This document shows positions 10,729 to 24,995 of a stretch of 64,000 bases of DNA, in pieces. Position 1 is the first letter of the stretch. Each line of letters opens with the position of its first letter. Source of the stretch: Takakia lepidozioides (taxonomy: Eukaryota > Plantae > Bryophyta); the NCBI GenBank assembly GCA_030704615.1, contig CM060734.1, positions 3,782,001 through 3,846,000 on the forward strand, written 5' to 3'. A program made the position numbers and the translations under genes. The notes under the pieces were generated by a model. The model was not told the DNA's origin, searched no databases, and saw only the letters and a list, made by a program, of their open reading frames with translations.

Positions 10729-13700
10729 GGCCGTAACCCGTATCTCCAGCACTGATAACTCTCCGGAGTACACTAACTCTGCATCATGGGTGACCTCGAT
10801 CAGAGTAGTATCTGTACAGTTGAAGGAATAGCTGTAAGCCCCATTGCCTGCTGGTGACATTATATCAGCTGTTCTCTCTTCGGGGAACCGCTCCACAGAG
10901 ACATAGAATATGTCATGGTGCTTCGTTCGAACATTTCCAAACGCGTCCCGAGACAGGAGGGTGATGTTCTTCATAGTGAACACAGGGCAGGGATCTAAGG
11001 ATGGTGGGTCAAGTATGCAATTCTGGGCTACTGGCCCAGCTTGAACAGTGACAGCGTATGGAGATCCAATGATGTTTACAGATGCCCGCCTGACAAACAA
11101 GTTGTACAAGCCAGCTTTTAGTGGGGTGTATTACACCTGGTAAGAATTCCCAGAGACGTGCACTGGGAATCCGTCTGTTGGGATGATGAGACCCGATTGA
11201 TTCAGGTTTTCCCCCCTTACTTCAAAATATGCCCTATTTTGCAGGCTACTAATGTGGTGGCCATCAAATGTTAAAATGCTGAAGGTTGTTGGGATTCCTG
11301 GGAAAAGTGGTATGCCAGTGGTGCCCACTCCATCTCCAGATGCCATGCAGGTGGCCCCCCGAATTAGCCCGGGTCCTACCTGCACACCAAGTGACTTAAG
11401 TATGGAGTTGTTGGAAAAAATCTGGAGGATGTACCATCCGGGGGTGGTTACCATGTAGAGGCACACATATGCTGGCGGATTGTTTGAGATGGTGCAATTT
11501 GCTATTGTCAGAGCGGAGTTTCTCCCCAGTGACAGTGAAACTGTGATGTGAGAATCTTCGATGTCTTGGGCTTCATATATGGGATTATTAAATGCATCAA
11601 AGAGCCTGATCATGATGGTGGCCCCCACTCCCACATATGCTGTAGAGGTCCCTGTGCCAGTCACCTGCCAAACATTCGGGATCCTTGGTGAGATTCTCTG
11701 CATTCTGGCTCTAAAAAATAGACCAAATTTAAGGTAGGGTTGGTGAATTGACCACAGCTTAGAGTGCTTCACAAATGCGTAATCTTCAAGTATGCTTTCA
11801 AAAATTAGATGTGCTTCAAAATTCAATTGATGCTCTTCTTTAGAGTAGCCTGCTTGAAGATCCTACCTTCATGTTCGTTATGGATGGCATGCCGGGTGTT
11901 GTGGACACCGTAAAAGCTGTGGTTGGTACTGGAAGTTGGGTGGTATCATTCCTCCAGATGATCACAAATGTGTAGCTGCTGCCTGGACCAGCTTGTAGGG
12001 GGAGGAAATTCAGCATCCAACTCACATATGTATTTCCAGCATCATCTGTCTGGTTAGTAGGATCGAGTGCCGTCACAGCGAAACTATTATCAGGCTGCAG
12101 TATGTTAGCCTGGAAGCCGTCGATGGGGCTCAAGACACGGTCCTGATTATTTTGGAAGAAATCTATTGGCTGGACTTGAATTCGAACCCAATCTTGGCCA
12201 ACCTGATAGCTGGTGCCATTGCTTGCTGTGGAGCCATTGCTCACCATGGACACTGCAGTGCTCTCAATAACTGTTGGTGCAGCCACGACCTACAACAGCA
12301 ACACCTCTACTCATTACCAGAATCTTTTCTAGGCAAGGTGACCATCTATACTCACAAGGCAGGACCAAAATGATAAACCTAGCAATCCATACCCTCCAAG
12401 ATATATTGCCTGAGCTCATATGGCCAGTATGAATACCAGTTGTGAGGTGGAAGAGCAACTTGGGGGGGAGTGGTCTTAGATCAGTTCCATTTCAGGGAGG
12501 GAATGTGTTCCTTTGGGAGGGGGCTGTGGAGTGGAAAGGAGATATGCCACATCAAGAAGCTCACGCGCCCTTTTTTTCCCCAACTCAACTGACCCTCATC
12601 AAGCTTTAAGAGCACATGAGGTTTGGAAGCCACTGACAAAACCCTATGTTTGCCTGCCATCTGACTGTGAAGGTGTCTGATTCATTTGATTTTGATCTAT
12701 AGATGTTTTTCCAGGGTTGGGTTCAATGTCTTTTTCAAATGACAAATGAGGAGAAACGAACCCTCTGAATTGTCAGGGGCTTTCTTTCCAATACACAAGG
12801 CTGAATCATAGCTCCAGGTGGTTGATACTGCTCAGGATGGATGTGAGAACTGCACCTATGTTGACGAGCTGGCAATCTTCTGTGAGTGTGCAGGATGACT
12901 CTAGTATGGAAAGCAAGTACCAACCTGCAGAGGGTAGCCTTGGCTCAATCCACCCAACGGTGTATCCAAACTGCCCACTACAATCACAATTGTGACGTTC
13001 CCAACTCTAGTTGTTTGGTAGAAAAGAGAGAAGGTGCCATCTCCATTGTCCTTAGAACCAACGTTAGGCACTATTGTTGCAGTGCCATTGTTGACTGCAG
13101 TGATGTTCAGTTGAACAAAATCATCACCAGAAGATGGGCTTGTTTCAACTGCTAGGCCAGCTGCATTAATGAGCTGCACCGTAATATAGCCTGAACTTCC
13201 TGCAACCATCATCCCGCCCAACACACCAAAAGCAATGCATTGGTTGGGGTCTGGATCAATTGGTGCCTCTATTAGTACAGGTACAGTGAAGAAAGTAACA
13301 CCGAATGTCACTGCTGTGGTGTTGACTGTAGGGAGCATTTTGTATGAGATTGCACAGAAGTTGTCCAAGGCAGGTTCTCCAGGGAAGCTGGTCATGATGG
13401 AGGCATTCCACCCAGTAAGAGAAAAGCCCGCACATACAAAGTCGTCAAGGATCAGGTTGTTTTCATAGCTGTCCTGGATCTTAACATACATCGTGTTCAT
13501 ATGGCAGGTGTTTCCGTCCTTACAAGCAAGGGAAGCAGTCACCCCAGGTCCAAAGACGTGGAAAGACTGGCATCCAGCCCTCCTCCTGTGATGATGGTTG
13601 CATGGAAAGGGCCTAATACAGAGCTCACAATGTTCTGTGAGCTAGCATCACTGTATGCAAGAACAATATTCATCACCCCTGCTGTCCGGGGTGTGTAAGA

Positions 13701-16700
13701 AAACACACTGACACCATTGATACTGGAAAAGCTTCCTCCGGATATGGGCACAGGCATGATGGAAAGTGTGTTCTTGCCCATTGACTTCTGAATATTAATT
13801 CTAGAGTGTGCTGAGATTCCGGTCATATATCTGCTTACCATCTTTGATGCCCATGCCTACTGCTTTCAGATGAGGGATATCTGGTTTACCAGGACTGACA
13901 ACGCAACTTGTGATAGTGGCCAACTTAGCAGGGTTTGGTTGTAACATCATGTTGTCCATGTAAACAAAAACGTCATACAGCCCTGACTTGATAACGGTGA
14001 AGGAGATGGTGTAAGTTGAATCCAAGTTATTAGTAATTGTGGGGGTAAGCAAAGAGAGCTGGCTGTTGGTGTATGTTGCCTCCACTGCCCTGCTCTCAAT
14101 ATCATCAGGAAGCATTAATGAGTTCAACTCACTGACACCACTGAACAGCGCTCCAGTGTCTGTTTTCACCAGCAGACGTCTACTCATAGGAGGTGTCCAG
14201 CTGCCTGCAGGGGCTACTATTCCAAAGATTGTCAGAGTCTGGTTGTAGAAAGGTTGGTTGCCAAATTTGTCCCTGGTTGAAAGCAGGAATATGGTGCAGA
14301 GTCATGTTGAACTGGCACCCCTTCCGGAGAGCTGGATGACTGTGCTTGGAATGTCCAAAGGTCCTGGATCAACCTGGAAGAAAAAGGGACTCCCAGCAAT
14401 GTCCATTGCAGCCATCCATGTCACCCTGAGCTCATATGTGGCACATATGGGTGGGTTTGTTCCAACTTTGTAGACTGAAGTGACTGTGAAATTGAAGGTG
14501 TAGACGCAACCTGGATCAGTGGTGCTGAGAGTAACTATGGGTGCGGCCACCAGGGGTGCTACTCCTCCTCCGGCACCATCAGTCCCAGTGTCATCAGTGC
14601 TGAGCGCCACTAAGGGTACAAATGAGGAGTTGCATTTACCAAAATCCTGGAGATTTCCATTGACGTCAACACCGACAATATTCACAAGATTTGACGTGCC
14701 AGCCACAATCCTGGCAGGGGTTTTGTCAGTAAGCAGCTTCCCGGGCAAAGCTGCAAAAGACATAAAGGTCAACCTCACATTGGTATCCGCAGGTGTTGAG
14801 TAAACTATGATAGGTGACGCAATCATAATGCCTCTGATATTGCCCCATCGTACAACAGCAGTGAAAGTTCCGGACTTGATGAGAACAAAGTAAGCCTCGA
14901 TTTTCCCAGTTCCATTTGATGGCGCAGTACTTGCATACATGTGTGGGTCATATGGCGAGCTGCCCAAACTTGCCACAACAACCGAGAACTGTCCTGAGTG
15001 ATCACCAATGCAAGGGTTGTGATACTTGTCTAGGCACTGGAATTCTATGACAGTCTTGGTCCCAGTATTGACCATATGGGGGATGAAGTTATGATATAGG
15101 AGGTGTAAGGCGAGGGATCTGCAGGAGCAATAAGCAACGGGTTTGTTAGGTTTACTTGAGCCCCATTGGCAGCAATGGAGTACATAAAGGTGTAATTTAA
15201 TCCTGCTATCTGGAGATCAGTGTAAGTGAAGGTGATATAGTTGTCACTCACTTCACATAACATCGCATGGTTGTATCCATCTGTATCAAACACTTCCGCT
15301 GAGCAGCTTAGGAGGTCATGGGTATGGGGTTCCCGTACGTGTCTTTTATGGAGTAACTTTCACAGTTCCTATGTCACCGGCCCTTGTTGTGAGCTGCATG
15401 GTTGGGAGTGGATACACCATGCAACCAACGTCTGGGGCACCTGGAGTGACTACAATGGTGGTTGCTGTTAACAGGCTACTGTTGGTACCAAGCAGCGGAA
15501 GTGTAAGCCTGTTCGAAGTGGCCAGCAGAGTGTACGTGCCGACCCTATTTAGTGTCAGCAAGGCCATATATGTGCCCTTCCCAGCAGGTAAAAAACTTAT
15601 CGCTGCCATCATCTCCTCTCCTGTATTCTTGATGGCAATGAAGTCAAATTTATCATTGGCAGCTAGGTACTGCCTGCAATCTTGTGGATTCCCCAGTGAG
15701 TCCTTTGCATTGAAAATGCCAGTGATGTTGCTGCCGGCTACATAAGTTACTGCCAGATTTGATAAGAGTTGAAAACTGGACGTGAGGGCTTTTGTTGTAT
15801 CTGGGGTGTTTGTCAGATAGATGATACTCGGCACTCCATTCACGACGGTGAGCCTAGCTGTAACCGAGTTTTGCTGAATACGATAGGGCGTAGGTTCCAT
15901 CTTCTTTATCAATGAGGTTTGTAATCTTCCCACCAGTCATGTGGACTGTTGGCATGTTGCCACCTGAGGCTATAGTGCTATTAGGACCACCAGCTGGTTC
16001 ATTGGATTCAAGGTAAAAGGTGGCCTCCTGACCAACTACTGCCCATAAAATGCTGGGCAAGTGGCTAATGAAGGTGGTATATTCTCACAGCTTGCATAGT
16101 ACTTAATGTTATCAGTTCTTTCTGAAGCCATAGTAGTCAGAGTCTGGACAGGGGAGGGGACTCCGCTGGGTGTTGACCACTGGACCTGGTAATCCCCCAC
16201 AGCAGGAGCACTCCAGCTTACAATGCGTCGACCACCAGACAAGTGCCGATCATTTACAGTAACCTGGCCACAAGTATCATTTTTGCACAGCCTCACTGTG
16301 ATTCTTTCAGCAGGCATGAAAGGGCTATCCCTTGGGAACCCTAGTCCATCTAGCGCCACCACGTAGAATTCAGAATTCTCACCAACCACCCCCTGCCTCA
16401 GTTGTTCAACTGTTGCTGAATAAAAGTTACCTGCAGCGATACTTATGGTGGTACTTGTACTTGTAGTATCAGTTCCTGACCCCTGAACTGCTATAGTACA
16501 GACCCCTGTGGTGGTTGGTGCTTTAAATGTGAGAGAGAATCCCTTGACTGGCTCTGGCTCAATCCAGCTGTCTGCAGCATCCACAGTGAATTGTCCAGCA
16601 GTTATGGTCACATTGAGTTTTTTGCCATCACCCCGCCACATGTTACCGTATTTATCTCTGGCTGTAATGAAGGTAGAGAAATTGGTGTTTGGGTAGGGTG

Positions 16701-18399
16701 TCCAACCAGTTCCATCCCCGGTAATACTAGCCGTGGATGCCACTCGGTCACCAGCTTCCACAACAATTAACGGTTGGCTCGTCAATATTTGATTTGCAAT
16801 GAGGATGCGTGCATAATAGTTTCCAGAAACTGTGGGAGCATGAAATGAAAAAGTGTATGGATTATTGAGGGTCCCATCAGGACCTGGTGTAAACACAAGT
16901 GTGGTGCCTGCCCAATGGTCATCCCTTAGCCCCAGTGAAGGGACTGAGATTGGTAGTCGAGGTGACTAGATTGCCATAAGAGTCCATCAGAGTCAGCATA
17001 AGTGATCCGCTTTCATCCACTGTAAAATTTGTTGAGGAGGTACTCATTCTGGAGATTTTGGCATCCACAGGACCTGTCCATACATTGACTGGATATTAAC
17101 CCACAAAATTGCCAAGAGGAGAGAATAAACTTAAAAGTTCCTTTCAAAGTTGACTCTATCTTTGATGTATCCTTGATACACATTTAGGGCTTTTCGAGAT
17201 TTTTTACTGAACTTGACAGCTATTATTTTACGGAGCAAGCAGTCACATGTACGTCTGTAGGGGAGACGGAAAATTTCCAGAGATTTCCTTGTCCATTGTT
17301 TAACAAAACAAACAATGTGTAGGACAAGTTGCCTTACAGTAGTGACTCTTGCAATTTGCTGCGAACAATCAGTCATGACTTTGTTCAGTAGGTTCTCAAT
17401 CACTACGTACCTTGCACACCACACCATGTTTGAAAATGATGCAAAGGGAGAGGATATTTCTTGCATTTAGCTTAATAGCTGTGCGAAGTGATTGTTTCTC
17501 TATTTCATTGTGTTTTATGCAGGGAGATGAAATAGCTATTGAGATGTATGGGAAACTCATGTGTACAAAGGGTGGCAGGTGACTTGAAGATTTTCTCATC
17601 CCAGTTAACAAACTGTCTCGCAAGTTAGCTACTCAAAGGGAAAGAATAGATCGATGTGCTGCTCTTTGATGAGATTGAAATGCTGAGGATGGTGCCTGTG
17701 ATTTGGTACTGTTGCGATGTGCAATGGCCTTCACAAATGTCACCTGGACCCTTAGATCGCTGTTAAATTGTCCCCTGCATTTGATTCATTTGAGAACAGT
17801 TCGACATGGTGCAGCCGGATTGTTGGGTCGGAATGGCACTTAGCTTTCATATGGATCTAAATCAGGAGTGCATATGGTGCAGAGATTTGGAAGTGATTGA
17901 TGAGTTTAAGACCTGGGTAACAGGTTGTGTTGAAGGAGGCCACTTGAGTGGCACCATACATAGCTGTGATGATAATTCCTGTGCCTGCAACCGTTTGTAT
18001 GAGGCCCGGAAACCCTAGAAAGATCTTGAAATCACTTTGGGCAGTGATGTTCCCATACAGATTACAAGAGGTAGAGAGCTCGTTAGCATGGAGCCACCAA
18101 TAACATTGCCATATGCGTCTTTCAAAGCCACTATCACTGGTGTATATTGGCCAGCAATCATTTTGGCAACCATCATATTACCGGTCCAACCTGCAAATGG
18201 AGCATATGATCCAAATGTTGAGATGACGAAAATCTGAACATGGACAAGAAGATCATTTGTCTTAGGGGATGGCCAGGTAGCCACCATCTAAGGTAGATTG
18301 AAACAATGAAAGATGAGGTACAGTATAGGTGTTTGGTGGTCACTCTTAGAGTAGGAAGAAATCTCATTATTCGAGGTAGAAGATTTTACCCACCGGGGA

Positions 18400-18632
18400 C
18401 AACCAACATCTAGCCCAGTGGTAAGGGCACAAGCCGCCACACTATGGTTGTGGGTTCAAACCACATGGTGGATGTCATAAAGGTGTCCACCTTCCCACCG
18501 GAAGGCAGTAGCCCTTCGGGGTCAAGTGACAGCATAAGTTACGCTTGCTTTGGCAACGCGGTCACTTTACCCACGGGGCGTAGGTGTCCTATGCCATAAC
18601 CCAAATGGAGTCATTACCGTACCTCTATTATT
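18400..18632 (+). mobile_element. tRNA-derived SINE-like element with a LINE-related structured segment
   Basis: A-box-like TAGCCCAGTGG (18411) and B-box-like GGTTCAAACC (~18453), then GGCAGTAGCC...AAGTGAC...AGTTACGC shared with 38926-38988 and 42537-42632, and a short TATTATTA tail. Confidence 0.6.
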
Positions 18633-20219
18633 ACTCTGATGTTTTGATGCACTTCAGAGTGATGGGGGCCTGACCATGAGCTGAGATTGAAGTGCATGGC
18701 CTTGAATGGATGCCAGGGATGGTGAAGGCTGCGAATCCCCCATCAATATCAAGGTGAAATTCAACATACCCAGCGGACCCTTGATGCATGAGTGCGTACA
18801 TAAATGTAGCAACTTATCTTTGAAGACATATTCCGAGTCTTGTAAGCATTGTATCATATTGGGGGCAGCAATCAGACTCCAATGATAATCCCCTTAAATT
18901 CCAACTCAAAGTCAATGGCAGTAGCCAGACTAGCTTGTAGTTGGTCCTTTACCCTTTACAGCTGCAGCCAAATGTTCCTAGGTGGTACTCTGTAATGGTC
19001 AGTTATACAACTATTTTTGTCATCCCATTGTTCAAAGGGACTTGAACACCCGAAGCTACCCCTTATGGCACAGCATATCACCATCCCTGGCTGCCTGCAC
19101 AGATCATATAATCTCTGATAGATCTAATGTAACTCCAGGACTAGGTGACCTACTGGATGGCCCCTGTACTTCCAGCTGGAAGTCTCATCAGCTGGATCCC
19201 AATTGGTGGCTGAAATGAGAACTTCGTCTGTTGGACCTGTGAGGTGTTATATGTATTCTAAGCAATTTGACTTGCTTGACATGAAGATTGTAGTCTAACC
19301 GCAAGATTTTCTATCCATTAGAATTCTACTGTGAGCAGGATGTTTATGCAAGTAGGCGACTGTTGATAGCTTATAGTGGTCTAGATAGCAGTCATATGAC
19401 AAGAAAGCTGTCATACACGGTTGGGAGGTACCTGCTGTATTAGTATCCACTTGAACCCAGAAACCATATCGGCCGGATACCCAGAGAGCATTGCCACTGG
19501 ATCCAATATAAGCAGATACAACATAGTACCCTGCTGCTGTCACTGTGGCACGAGCAGTGGTAGATCCCAAGCCGGTGTCAACATCCATTCTGACAACTGA
19601 ACCCCTATTGCTGGTAAGCATTACCCTGGTGTTCCATCCACCGAGGCTATATGCAGTGGTAGCTTCATTGCCATAGGCATCTTGGAGAGTGAGAATAGTT
19701 GTGATGACATCACCGGCAGTCCTTTGGGTGCTATTTGCACCCGGATCCCCTTGGACAGTTATGGAAGACCTTGAGCCTGATATCATTCCAGGTTCGACTG
19801 TTAGTTGGAGACCAGCCGCAAGAACAGTACTACCGTCAATGGTGACATCAATAAGATAAGTTCCAGCTTTTTGGAGAAGAAGAGGGAAGAAGCAGCCAAT
19901 TGTTGGACGCCCGAGGTCACAGAGGCTGCTGATTATTTGTGCACCAGATGGGTCTGTCACCTGAACAGGAACAAATGGAATTTTATGATTCAAAGTCACC
20001 AGCCTTTTGCTAACTGCACTTTCAATCAGTCTCAGCAGTGCCCACTGCCATTGATATCAGCATACAGCAAAAGGCCATCGTGGAGGACTTGCCCATGCAT
20101 CTGGTTCATAATCTGATTCATGAATTGGAATTCAGCCTTAGAGACAGTGTTCTGCACATCTACTCTCCCTGTCCTCTAGGAAGCCTATTGACATTGGGTG
20201 GACTTGAAACGGGAGTACA

Positions 20220-23200
20220 TTAATGTCTCTGTGACTAAATGCCGGCCTTGTGACCTCGTGTCCTTGTTTGTTTCGACCTGAAGCGCTTTGCTTCAGGTAA
20301 GGTAGTGCATTGGATTTAGTTGGAAAGCTTGGGGCCTTTCCCTCTTTAGAATATGCCTACACGGGCCATTCCCTGCAACTCCCTGGAGTGTGATCTCTGA
20401 ATGGTAACAAGCGGACTCCTACCGCTTGGGGGCAGCCCCTCCGCCCAAATTGGGCAGGCGTATGCTCTGTCTAGCATACTCGGCACTTGGGCTCGGGTTG
20501 GTTCCTGTGCTTAAACTTATGGCCTGCGAAAACAATCAAAAATTTAGCTCCTATCAACATCAACACTCCTCAGGGTGATCCCTGGGAATTGGTTACTTAT
20601 GCCAAATCTAGGGCTTCATGTGTAGTTTTTGGGGTGAATCCCAGGATGGACGATGTGTCCTTTAAAACTACATGCTCTAGCTTAGGCTTGGATTTCATGG
20701 CTAATGGTACCATCTCGAGACTTGATAGCAGGGGTACGTTGAAGGTTGCAATGACCAAAAGTGCTTCTAATAGAGTCCCGCATCAATTCAATCTCAAAGA
20801 AGTTCATCCCTTGACTGGCTGGAGAGCGGTCTTAGACATTGGTGATTCAATGGGGCGCTCTAGAAAGACAACCAAGGGCAACAACTTCAACTTGAGAGTT
20901 TCTAATCGGTTTGATGCTCTGGATGAGGTTGAATCCAAACAGCCAGAAGGACAAGATGCCCCTAAGTGTACGGAACCTGAACGTCCTGAATCTGAAGGAT
21001 TTGGTACTCTGAATGGTTTACCAATCCTCAAGGTTTACACAAGACGAACAAATTCTATACACGGGGTAATTGTCCCCAAGCCGTCAGATGGACAATCTGT
21101 CCCTAAGTGTGCAGAGCCTGAACGTCGTGTAACTGAAGGATTTGGTACTCTAAATGGTTTACCAATCCTCAAAGTCTACACAAGACGAGCAAAATCTATA
21201 CACGGGGTAATTGTCCCCAAGCAGTCTGACGGACAATCTGCCCCTATGTGTGCAGAGCCTGTGCGTCGTGTAACTGAAAGATTTGGTACCCTGAATGGTT
21301 TACCAATTCTCAAAGTTTACACAAGACGAGCAAAATCTACACATGGGATAACTGTCCCCCCTTTGCAGAACGGTTGGCCGTCCAGGAGCAATCACAAGCT
21401 ACCTAGACGACAAACAATTCACATGCAAAGGGCTGGCTTGCGGCTGGCCACTTTCAACTTCTCAGGGTTGACCAACCAAAGGAAACAACTTGAAGTGGGA
21501 CAAGTTCTTCGGACTAATGATATTCATATCTGTGCTGGGCAAGAAACATGGGAAACGTCGGATAAACTGGTTGGAGATGTCATTGGTTATAAATGGGCAG
21601 GTAAGATGTGTACTCTCAAGGCAGCCTCTGCCAAACGCGGTCAAAAAGGGGTCGGATTCTTTGTCCGTGATTTCTTGTTTGACAATTGTGAAATTATCAA
21701 CAAGGGTTTGAGGTACGAGCATAGTATCTGGCTAAAACTGAATTTGAAGGGCGGCATGAGTACAAAGGACCTCTTTGTTGGTTGTGTTTACATGCCCACA
21801 GAGGGGACCCTTAGTGCTGACGCAGACAAGGCCTTCGAAGATGTAAAGCTGGACTGTGCTTCGTTCCTTGCCAAAGGTCAGGTGGTACTATTGGGGGACT
21901 TCAATGCCCGGGTGGACAAAGGGATCCATCAGGACGATATCATTGGACCTTTTGGTGAGGACGAGCTGAATTCTAATGGCAGACGGTTAATTAACTGTCT
22001 AGAAGAGCTTCAGCTTTTGACCTTGAATAACAGGACAAGAGGTGACCAAGTGCAGTGGACTCGTGAGAAACCCCAAACTGGGGAACGTTCCATTGTGGAC
22101 TATATCATAATGGACAAAATTTTGTTCCCCCAGTGTGCCAATGTGTTGATCGACAGAACTGATATTGGTACCTCTGACCACTTCCTGGTTTGGACTGAGA
22201 TCAAAAGGTGTTTTCCCACCACCAAGAGATCTGTGAAACGTTCGATTCGGTAGTGGCGCATAGAAAAATTCCACAATGAGGAGGTCAAGGCTGAGTACGT
22301 CCAGGCCTTGCAAGAGGCTCTCCCTCATTTTGTCCAATCACTCCAAGAACTTCAGTCACGCTCTGTTAACGCAAGAAATGAAGTCGAAAGAGCAGTGGAC
22401 TCTTGGGAGAGTTTCGATTCCTCCGTGGCTGACAAGATCATTGGGAGGAAACTAATTGTCTGCGGTAGAGCAGTTAATTGGTGGACTAATGAGATTAAAC
22501 TCAAGATAGCTGAGAGACGAGCCCTCTATAAAGAGTGCTGCAATTTGGAAACCAACAGAGCATTGTGGGCGAGGTACTACCAGCTCCGTAAAGATATCAA
22601 TCAGCTTGTTAGGTCTCAGAAGAAATTATACTGGGACAAGTTATACAGTGAAATAAACTCAAACCACCATGGTGGTAATGACAAGAAATTCTGGTTGGCC
22701 CTTCAACGTTTGTACAAACCGAAAAACGGTCAGCAAGTACAAGCGCTGAAGACTACTAAAGGTGCAGTGGTGACTTCATCGGTTGACATTGTCAAAACCT
22801 TTGAAACTCACTACAGTATCCTTGGCAGAACTTCTAGGTCTAACAGTGAGGGGTCTTCTGCTGAATGGAGGGACACAGTTGGAAAAACTGTTCCTATGAT
22901 TCAAAACAGCCCTGATGAACTGGAGTATATTTCAATGGCTTATAATGCTCCCATTAGTTCTTCTGAGATTGTGGAAGCAATTGAACATTTAAATGGATAT
23001 AAAGCTGGTGGACCTGATGGTATTGTCAACGAGCTTATCAAGCACGGTGGCGATCCCATGATAGAGGCCCTAGTTCTCCTCTTTAACCTTATCTGGAAGA
23101 CTGAAATGATCCCCTTTCGCTGGCGACAGGGGGTCATTGTCAATCTATACAAGAAGGGTAACAGAGAAGAACCGGGGAACTACCGTGGCATCACACTCCT

Positions 23201-24995
23201 CAATGCTGTTGGCAAGACATTCTGCAGAGTTATAAGTACTCGTCTCGAGGTTGATCTGGAGTCTAGAGGTTGTTTCCACGAAGGCCAAGCTGGCTTTCGG
23301 CGAAACAGGGGCTGTGTGGATCATATCTTCACTCTAAGCCAGATTATCCAGGGAAGGAAAAAAGAAGGGAAACCCACTTATGTCTTTTTCCTGGATGTCA
23401 AAAAGGCTTATGACACAGTGTGGAGAGATGGCCTATGGTTCCGCCTCTGGTCTTGTGGGATCAAGGGAAAGATGTGGAGAGTTGTCCACAACTTGTATGC
23501 TCACACCAAAAGCTGTGTCACTGTTAATGGACAGAAGTCCAACTTCTTTGACATAGACCAAGGTGTAGCTCAAGGATGTACTCTCTCCCCTCTGCTCTTC
23601 AATGTTTTCATCAATCAACTCCTCGAGGATGTGGAAAGTGAGGGATTTGGGTTAAGGGTGGGTGATACCACCATACCAGCCCTTATGTTTGCGGATGACT
23701 TCGCAGGCATAGGGGAGACTCCAACCAATCTCCAGGAGTTGATTGATTGCGCGAAGAGATACTTTGATCTTTGGGGGCTAGAGGCTAATGTCAGCAAATG
23801 TGCAGTGGTAGCATTCAACGACAGAGGAGAGGGAGGAAGTGATCTTAAGTGGCAGTGGGTAGCCAAGAGATCCCGGTCCTCCCTTCCTACACTTACCTGG
23901 GCGTTGAGTTCTCCTCCAATTGTAATTGGGATGCACATATCCGGAAAGTTGTTCAAACTGGCAAGGGCAAAGCTCTGGGGCTCACTAAATTTTTCCACTG
24001 CAGAGGGGTCAACTCTGAGGTTAAGAAAACCATGCTTTGTCGCGTTATTAGACCTGCCTTGGAGTACGGATCTGCTATATGGGTTGATAACTCCAACCAG
24101 GCTAAGTCTCTAGAATCCATTCAAGTGGGGGTGCTTAAGGAGTGTATGTCAGCATGCTCCAAAACAGCCAATGTGGCTGTTCGGGGTGAGTTGGGCATTC
24201 CGTCTTAAGCTCCCGACGAGATGAATTCAAGGTCAGATGGTGGGGTCAGCTGCAACATATGCCCAACACCAGATATCCTAAATTAATCGACTCTATATCT
24301 TGGAAACAGGACCGCCCTGTCAAACAGGCTAAGTCCTGGCAGAAGAGAGTAGAAGACATCCTCAAGGACCTGGACCTGGATCCGCAAGTCTTGACCCTGC
24401 TGGATAAATCTGACTTAGTCCTCAGCCATGTCTGTTGCCATGAGATTGTCTGATGAAAATGAAGTTAGGCAGAAAACTTCCCTGAACTTGTTTCCAGTCT
24501 GTGACATGGGGGAGGACATCTTGGATGACCTCAAGGGTCTACCCACTCTCGGCACTAGACTGAAATTTAAACTCAGGGCAGGAAGCCTACCTTTGAACAT
24601 CAAACAGAAGCAGAGAGGAAAGGGAGAGTGCAATTGCCCATTGTGTGGGCAATCTGAAGACAGTATTCATTTTCTGATACACTGTCCGGGGTTCTCTCAC
24701 CAAAGAGACGCTCTCTTCAAATCTATTAAGGGTACCAACTTTGAAAGTCTCGAGGCTGAGCCAAAAGCCCAGGCCCTCCTGAGGCCTAGTTTTTGGGCAA
24801 ATCACACACAGCAGATTGATGCTTGTGTGAAGGGATTTCTAGAGGATATCTGGAAAACCCGGATTAATTCTTTATATGGAGGTAAGTCTTACTACCAACG
24901 TCAGCCCCTGACAGAGGTAGGTTCTGTCCCTTTTGTTCCCGCTCAAACTGGGCGCGGGGTCAATGGCCACAAGGCTACGGCAAACAACGTCTTAT
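20220..24995 (+). mobile_element. Near full-length LINE (RTE/RTEX-like): AP endonuclease, RT and C-terminal CCHC
   Basis: APE motifs (ATFNFSGL, AGQETW, LGDFNA, SDH); RT motifs (PGNYRGITLL, QAGFR, FLDVKKAYD, GVAQGCTLSP, FADD); CPLC...HFLIHC. TSD GAGTACA at 20213-20219 and 24996-25002. Stops at 22251 and 24206 plus frameshifts near 23860 and 24420. Confidence 0.92.
20945..21365 (+). repeat. In-frame 141-bp (47-aa) tandem repeat, three copies, in the LINE N-terminal region
   Basis: GQ..PKC.EPER...EGFGTLNGLPILKVYTRR..SIHGVIVP repeated three times (starts near 20950, 21091, 21232). Confidence 0.9.

Noticed and set aside
17100-17800. AT-rich segment with short ORFs, possibly a Penelope-like or organellar remnant
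   Set aside because: No convincing RT or GIY-YIG motifs could be read, so it is left unassigned.
18411-18470. tRNA gene
   Set aside because: Only A- and B-box-like motifs are present, with no full cloverleaf, so it is treated as a SINE head.
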